Made by a program: the position numbers and the translations under genes. Below, one piece after another: positions 26,701 to 32,402 of a stretch of DNA of 64,000 nucleotides. The notes below the pieces were generated by a model that saw nothing but the letters and a program-made list of their open reading frames with translations, searched no databases and was not told the origin of the DNA. Origin of the DNA: Schmidtea nova (lineage: Eukaryota). The stretch's first letter is position 1, and each line of letters begins with the position of its first letter. The stretch covers positions 448,632,001-448,696,000 of the forward strand of contig CM097883.1 of the NCBI GenBank assembly GCA_044892505.1, given 5' to 3'.

Positions 26701-28745
26701 TCTCTGGGCAGCTTTGTTACTCCTGGAATCATCTGGTTTACTTTGTTGAATAGTATTTCCACCTTTTCTTTTGCGTTATATTGGAATCGAAACATATGGT
26801 CGTTGGGCATGATTACCATCATTCCTTTTTTCCAAATTTTTCTTCTCTCTTCCTGGTTTATCTCGGTTTCCTCTCCCTTTTCTGCTTCTTTTTCTACTTC
26901 TTCATCTTTTTGTACTATTTCTTTTCGACTTTCGTTGTCGGCTGGATTCGGGTTTATCGAATTCATTTCCAGTGTGGTTTCTTTCTCGCGAGTGTCTGTT
27001 TGGTTTGTTGCTCTTAGCATGTTAATTCTTAGAGGTTGTCGTTCTCTTTCTTGCTGTTTTTGTTCATCCTCTCTTTGTATTCTTGCCCATTCCTGAGCGT
27101 GTCGTGCTTGACTTTCTCGATTCAATCGTTCGTTTTCGCTTTCTATTTTTCTCATCATGCTAATTTGCTGTTGATTGGTTTGCGGATTTCCTCTCGTCGT
27201 ATTGTTTATAAGTTCCGTCAATCTTTGGACTTCTTGCATTAAATGTATTTCTTTGGGGGTGGTTTTGTTCTGATTATTGTTATTATTGACTTGTTGGTTC
27301 CCATAATCTGGTCGGTTTACGGTATTTGCTTGATTTCCGTAATTTGGTCGGTTCCCATTACTCTGCCAGTTTCCTCGTTGATTACTTTTTTGTCCGCAAT
27401 TTCTTGAATAGTGGCCAGGTCGTCCGCAATTAAAACAGATTATTGTAGAACATCTGCTTTCCGAGTGTCCTTTAACTCCACATTTCCCGCAATTCAAATT
27501 TTGATAGCATTCTTGCTGCCAGTGTCCCAACTTTCCACATGTTTTACATTGTTTTGTTTGTCCTTGAGGGTTGTAGTTGTTTTGGTTTCCAAAGTTTTGC
27601 ACTTTATTTCCTTCATTCCTTCGTTGAGGGGGTGGTCGGTTTAATTGTTGCGAATTTGGAATATGATTGTTGAGATTTACTTCTGGTTCTGTTTGCGCTG
27701 TGTCCATGGCTAAATAAATTCTGCCTTCGCTTCCTATCATATGCAATTCAAATCGGTTAGCTGTTTCTAACGCTTGATCTATGGTTTTGCATCCTTGGCA
27801 TCCAACTTGTGCTCTTATGTCGGGTCTTCTTAGTCCTCCTATGAAGATAGCTGCCATTAACTCCTCGTTTATTGGACCTCCATCCTTGAATACCGATTTT
27901 GCTAATTTTTTCAGTTCGCTCGCGTATACCGCATTAGATTCATTCATCTTTTGTTTCCTCATTGAAAATTCTATGAATGCCTCGCTTAGCACTTTATTTA
28001 TTCCAAATGTTTGTTGGAAAAAATCCTTTATCGCTGTCCAGCTTGTAGGTGGATTGGTACCATTTTTTGCTTCCAAATATAGGTCCAATGCACTATCTTT
28101 CAAGTATAACTGTATTCTGCTTACCGTTGTTTCAGCTTTCCATTTGCATACTTCCACGAATATGCCAAATTCTTTTAAAAAGGTTTCTAATTTACTCGCA
28201 TCTCCGTTGAACGGTTCTCCTGAAAATTTATCCTTTATTTCTTCTCTTGGTTCACCCATTTCAATTCCGCTGTCTTGAGTTATTTTACTTTCGTTTCCTC
28301 TTGTTTCTAGTTCGTTGTTATGTTCGTCTTCCGTTTTACTCGAGCTTGAATCGCTTTCTGTTTCTCTTATTCCTTCGTTATCTGATATTATACTTTCGTT
28401 ATCACTCGCGTTGATTTCTATCTCTGGTTCTACCTCGTTTTCTACTTCTTCGATATTATCGTTGTTAGTTTCGTCGCTCTCTGTTTCACTTGCTTGGTTC
28501 TCCTTGGGTTCGGCTTGGTTTTCTTTGTTACTTGAGCTGTTGCTTATTATTGACAATTTATCGTTCTCGGTAATCGATTTATCTCTTATTATTTTCCTCG
28601 ATTTACTCCCTTGTGGGTTATCTTTGCCGGCTTTCTGCTTTTTTGTTGATTTTGTTGTAGTACTAGTTTTGTCTTTTTTATTACTGTTGCTATCGACTTT
28701 CTTTTCCGTTGGCTTTACTACGACACTCTTTGCTCCTTTTCTCAA
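11796..28745 (-). CDS. Giant Gag-Env-Pol-accessory polyprotein (5649 codons, no internal stop or frameshift)
   Basis: Single open frame with all motifs listed below. The track start is TTG; first in-frame ATG is at 28259; an in-frame TAG lies at 28781-28779. Confidence 0.95.
   Translation of the reverse strand: [5649 protein letters not shown]
11979..13250 (-). other. Polyprotein module: second internal-signal/FN3-like/TM membrane protein (about 3 FN3-like repeats)
   Basis: Signal-like [18 protein letters not shown]; repeats of CW...I.I.......Y.[28 protein letters not shown]. Confidence 0.65.
13471..15245 (-). other. Polyprotein module: first internal-signal/FN3-like/TM membrane protein (about 4 FN3-like repeats)
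   Basis: Signal-like [17 protein letters not shown]; VCW...[15 protein letters not shown], VCW...[15 protein letters not shown], ICW...[37 protein letters not shown]. Confidence 0.65.
15720..17235 (-). other. Polyprotein module: two blocks of ankyrin repeats C-terminal to integrase
   Basis: [50 protein letters not shown] match the G.TPLH.A ankyrin pattern with ~33-aa spacing. Confidence 0.85.
17530..18580 (-). other. Polyprotein module: integrase
   Basis: HHCC zinc finger ([10 protein letters not shown]...CLTC), DDE core ([21 protein letters not shown]), GPY motif (GRGPYEII). Confidence 0.95.
18850..20100 (-). other. Polyprotein module: reverse transcriptase and RNase H
   Basis: [40 protein letters not shown], YIDD (19646-19635), [22 protein letters not shown]. 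Confidence 0.97.
20590..20900 (-). other. Polyprotein module: aspartic protease
   Basis: [12 protein letters not shown] (DTG at 20861-20853) and CIIGTD. Confidence 0.92.
21400..23309 (-). other. Polyprotein module: signal peptide + chuvirus-like (class III, gB-like) glycoprotein + TM
   Basis: [22 protein letters not shown] then FEVFDC...EQC...[19 protein letters not shown]...GYCQG...TNYP...YVNNK...DCILNREIL...GEAMYVYIC...CTNEL...QPVTRII; the order of cysteines and motifs matches what I recall of chuvirus G; TM at ~21570-21480. Confidence 0.8.
23421..23888 (-). other. Polyprotein module: Bcl-2-like helical domain
   Basis: [20 protein letters not shown] closely parallels the Bcl-xL BH2 region (LEPWIQENGGWDTFVE); BH1 is divergent. 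Confidence 0.55.
27396..28230 (-). other. Polyprotein module: Gag capsid plus three CX2CX4HX4C zinc knuckles
   Basis: [12 protein letters not shown]...[11 protein letters not shown]...W...F; RKQKMNES...Y...L; knuckles [42 protein letters not shown] at 27548-27396. Confidence 0.92.
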
Positions 28746-29361
28746 GGGGATTACTTTTGTATACTCAATTTTCCTGTTCTATCTCTTATCGTTTTTCTGA
28801 TTCTTCTTGCTTGATTGATTGATTTGATTGATTTGTATATCTAAAATACAAAGGTCCTCAACGATACATTATTGTTATCGTCGCGCTTTTATTCCCTTTC
28901 TTTCGGGATTACTTATTACTGGGTTTTCATTATTTCCCAATTCCCAGATTCCCCTTTATTTTTAGTCTATTTAAATTATCTATAGACTGGTCACAATTAT
29001 CTATTTATGTCGTAATAATTATCTATACTTTATCCAATCAATTACTTTTCCCACAGTCTCCCAATTTATTGGTCGCTCGAGCGCTCTAATTCCCTGAGTC
29101 TTTCTGACTCGTTTATCATTATTTTATCATTTCTATTCATTATTCCCTGCTAGCAATTGTTTTTACTTATTCTGCCGGTTGTTCCGGTCAGCCCAAAAAA
29201 TTTTTACTATTCTCCTTGCATGCTTTACTTAAGGTTGCATAATCAGCTTTTCTCGCATTCTCTTAACTACTAGTGCGCACTACTCTAAATCTCGTCGACG
29301 ATTACACTATGGGTCTATATTCCCTCTATTACTATTTATCCGGATATATCTATAGTTCACT

Positions 29362-29585
29362 ATGGCTCTTCCGGCCTCAATTTTATATCTCACATGGCTC
29401 TATTGGCCTCAATTTAATCTCTCAAATGGCTATCTTGGCCTTAATTTAATCTCTCAAATGGCTCTCTTGGCCTCAATTTAATCTCTCAAATGGCTCTCTT
29501 GGCCTTAATTTAATCTCTCAAATGGCTCTCTTGGCCTCAATTTAATCTCTCAAATGGCTCTCTTGGCCTCAATTTAATCTCTCAT
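29362..29585. repeat. Tandem array, 7 x 32 bp, in element leader
   Basis: Unit atggctctcttggcctcaatttaatctctcaa at 29362, 29394 ... 29554. Confidence 0.92.
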
Positions 29586-29624
29586 AACGCCTAGCTAGGT
29601 CATTCAATATGGCTCATTGGCCTC

Positions 29625-29887
29625 AACCCTTTTTTTCAAGGGACAAACCGCTAATAACCCTTTGTTTCAAGGGACAAATCTCCTAACCCTTTGTTTCAAG
29701 GGACAAATCTCCTAACCCTTTGTTTCAAGGGACAAATCTCCTAACCCTTTGTTTCAAGGGACAAATCTCCTAACCCTTTGTTTCAAGGGACAAATCTCCT
29801 AACCCTTTGTTTCAAGGGACAAATCTCTTAACCCTTTGTTTCAAGGGACAAATCTCATAACCCTTTGTTTCAAGGGACAAATCTCCT
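29625..29887. repeat. Tandem array, 9 x 29 bp with internal hairpin, in element leader
   Basis: Unit aaccctttgtttcaagggacaaatctcct; ccctt...aaggg can pair within each unit; first unit divergent. Confidence 0.92.
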
Positions 29888-30363
29888 AAACTTTACTTAA
29901 CCGGTTAATCACAATTCCCTACTTCGCTAGCGATTAAAATTTCTCAGCTGAGTTATAACTACTTCTATGCGAGCTGACTATGCACCTTTTATTCTTTCAA
30001 AAATGTCATTTCTCTCTATTCTATCATAACTAATTCCTGATCAGTCTGCTTCAACTTTTTATTTATTTTTCTCTGTGCGCGCTTTACTCCATCAAGATTT
30101 CCCTATCTCTCTCCCCAACCAAAATATACAAAAAGATCGCGTTGGTCCATTAATGCAGGATGTGGTGATCAATCACATCACAAAAACTTTCCAACATTTG
30201 CGATGGGCCCCTTTCTATACACCTTGAATAAGTTGATCAACCGTACCTCCCAATGGATTCCTATCGGACTACTTTGCAGTAGCTCAAAAGTTATTTATAT
30301 ATGACAATTGTACCCATGATTTCATCATTAATAAACCAATAAAGTTCCATTCAAATTTATTTA

Positions 30364-30825
30364 TTATAAATATACAATAATTTTATCGTCTATCCTCAGG
30401 TTGCACATAGGACATAGGTCGCACTTGCTGGCACATATCTTACAAAAACGAAAATGTCCGCAAGGTAAAAACATAATTTGTATCTCGCTATCCCCACATA
30501 TATAGCACTGTCGGTATTTTTTCGCTGCTTCTACCCCTTGCGCCCTCCATCGATTGTATGTTGAGGTTAACTGTTGTTCTATTTGCCTGCACTTAATATT
30601 TAATTCTGCATTTTCTAATCGTGTTCTGTACCATTTGTAGCGGGTCTCTATGTCGATTTTACTTATTCTTTCTGTTATCTTTATTAATTCATCTGTTTCC
30701 TCAGTCTGTGTTGTGGGTTCTTGAAATTCAATTTCTCTAAATCGGTTTATTTCCTTCCCAATCGTTTCTAATGTTTCGCTTTCTGTGTTGAGGAATTCTT
30801 CGATTTCTTTCAGTTTTTCCTCCAT
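30364..30825 (-). CDS. Accessory ORF (153 aa): coiled coil plus C-terminal IAP/MDM2-type RING finger
   Basis: CYICGDSEIQIMFLPCGHFRFCKICASKCDLCPMCNLRIDDKIIVYL at the extreme C-terminus; ATG after tttattcAG-taa. Confidence 0.88.
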   Translation of the reverse strand: MEEKLKEIEEFLNTESETLETIGKEINRFREIEFQEPTTQTEETDELIKITERISKIDIETRYKWYRTRLENAELNIKCRQIEQQLTSTYNRWRAQGVEAAKKYRQCYICGDSEIQIMFLPCGHFRFCKICASKCDLCPMCNLRIDDKIIVYL

Positions 30826-31129
30826 TTACTGAATAAATAATCGTTTTAACTCTGTTATTTTTATCGTTTTTAAGGTAGTAATATGTTTCGTTTTGTATCT
30901 TTTAATATTTAACTCCCCCCGTGTTTCTGAAAATTGTCGTCCCGACAAATTATGCATGCATTTTAATTTTTAAATTCACTTTTGTTCACTGCCGTGTTGT
31001 TTATTTAATTTTTATACAATAATTTACATTTAATTATAACCTTTCTGTTTTTTATTAAATTAATTGACCCGAGCATTTTAAACCTCTCTGCAGATTTTAC
31101 GTTTACATTTTTCCGATAAAACGAAGTTG

Positions 31130-31147
31130 ATCCCGGCTGAGCCCCCA
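31130..31147 (-). promoter_or_regulatory. Primer binding site, tRNA-Pro type
   Basis: Minus strand TGGGGGCTCAGCCGGGAT matches the classical tRNA-Pro PBS TGGGGGCTCGTCCGGGAT at 16/18; begins 6 nt after the 5' LTR end. Confidence 0.85.
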
Positions 31148-31621
31148 AATTTATGCTGGGTTCATGGAGGGGTTAGATGAAAAATGCTCTAACAATGACT
31201 AGGGATCCCTCATCCATGATCATGCATAAAATTGCAATTTTACACTCAAGCGCCCTTGATTATTTCCCTATATAATCAAGTTGGTGATGCGCAGGGTGGT
31301 TAAACAATGATGGGCAGGTGAGCACTATTGCTAGTACTACTCCCCATTTATGTTTACGGGTCCATTGCTGCCGTTAGAAGGACTTACGCTTTAATCATCC
31401 CCTTAGGTATTCCGTGTTAATCTTTCAGAAAATTCATTTTTATCATTACTCAGTCTGCGAGAAGTATTTCAACGAATGCTCGCTTAATTATTTAATTATC
31501 TCTATTCGATATTTTGTAAACTGAATTTATACTTTTGTTCTATCTTTATTTAATCATTGGTAAAGTTAATTAAATCAATTTAAATGAACAATGAGATTCT
31601 TAAGCCAATGCAACAATTTAT

Positions 31622-32218
31622 TTAATTTTTAATGAGTTCGGTAAAAACTCCCGCCGGAGGAAAAATCTCCGTCAATAATGCTTCCTCAGTCATCTGATGT
31701 AGACCATCGACTTGGATTTGTAATTGCTGGGCAAATAATTTTCTCTGTCTCCGCCGTTTCTGCCCAATGCGCTTGCGTTTCTGGTGCGCAGTCGCCGATG
31801 AAGTGGTTGAATTGGCTGGAGGAGCTGTCTCATTCCGACTTTCAATTAAATCGGGGACATCCGTTCCAATGGAGTTTACTGTCTTCTTTTCTGCCGTCCA
31901 AGCTTGGTACGTAATCGGACGGATTTGCTCTCTGAGTTCCTTCTCGATGTATGAGGCAGTTACGGAATGGAGGCATTTTCGGAGTTCTATCTTTGTAGCC
32001 TCCCATTCCATTTGGTAATCGGCTGCAGTCTGTTGGGCGCGCTCGGTTTTACTGATTTGCTCCTTCATTCGGGCCGGAGCAAACCAGCTTTTGCGCAAAT
32101 ATGCAATCTGTGCCTCTGCTTTGATCAATTGTGCCTTGAGGAGACCCAATTCCTTGTCCTGGGCTCTCCGAATCCGCCACATCTTTTCCAATTCTTTCTG
32201 CATCAAATCTGGGTTCAT
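31622..32218 (-). CDS. LTR-encoded ORF L2 (198 aa); 5' LTR copy
   Basis: Identical translation to 5218-5814. Confidence 0.75.
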   Translation of the reverse strand: MNPDLMQKELEKMWRIRRAQDKELGLLKAQLIKAEAQIAYLRKSWFAPARMKEQISKTERAQQTAADYQMEWEATKIELRKCLHSVTASYIEKELREQIRPITYQAWTAEKKTVNSIGTDVPDLIESRNETAPPANSTTSSATAHQKRKRIGQKRRRQRKLFAQQLQIQVDGLHQMTEEALLTEIFPPAGVFTELIKN

Positions 32219-32402
32219 TCTATAATTTATTTAGGATATTTACTCTATGATTAAATGATGTGAAAAATGAAACTGATCATAGGGTTATTTGGTTACGAAT
32301 ATGAATTATTAAAAACACAATACCAAAACTCAAAACAACATAACAAAAACACTGCTGAATATTAATATTTAATCACAATTTGAAAGATTTGACAATCAGT
32401 TC

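Noticed and set aside
8557-28800. Dozens of plus-strand ORFs rich in F/L/S/V, up to 355 aa, overlapping the element's genes
   Set aside because: They are antisense shadows of the very purine-rich (E/K/R) sense strand, which depletes stops on the opposite strand; no motifs, and many have non-ATG starts.
29625-29887. 29-bp hairpin repeats resembling CRISPR direct repeats
   Set aside because: Units are directly adjacent with no unique spacers, there are no cas genes, and the context is a eukaryotic retroelement leader.
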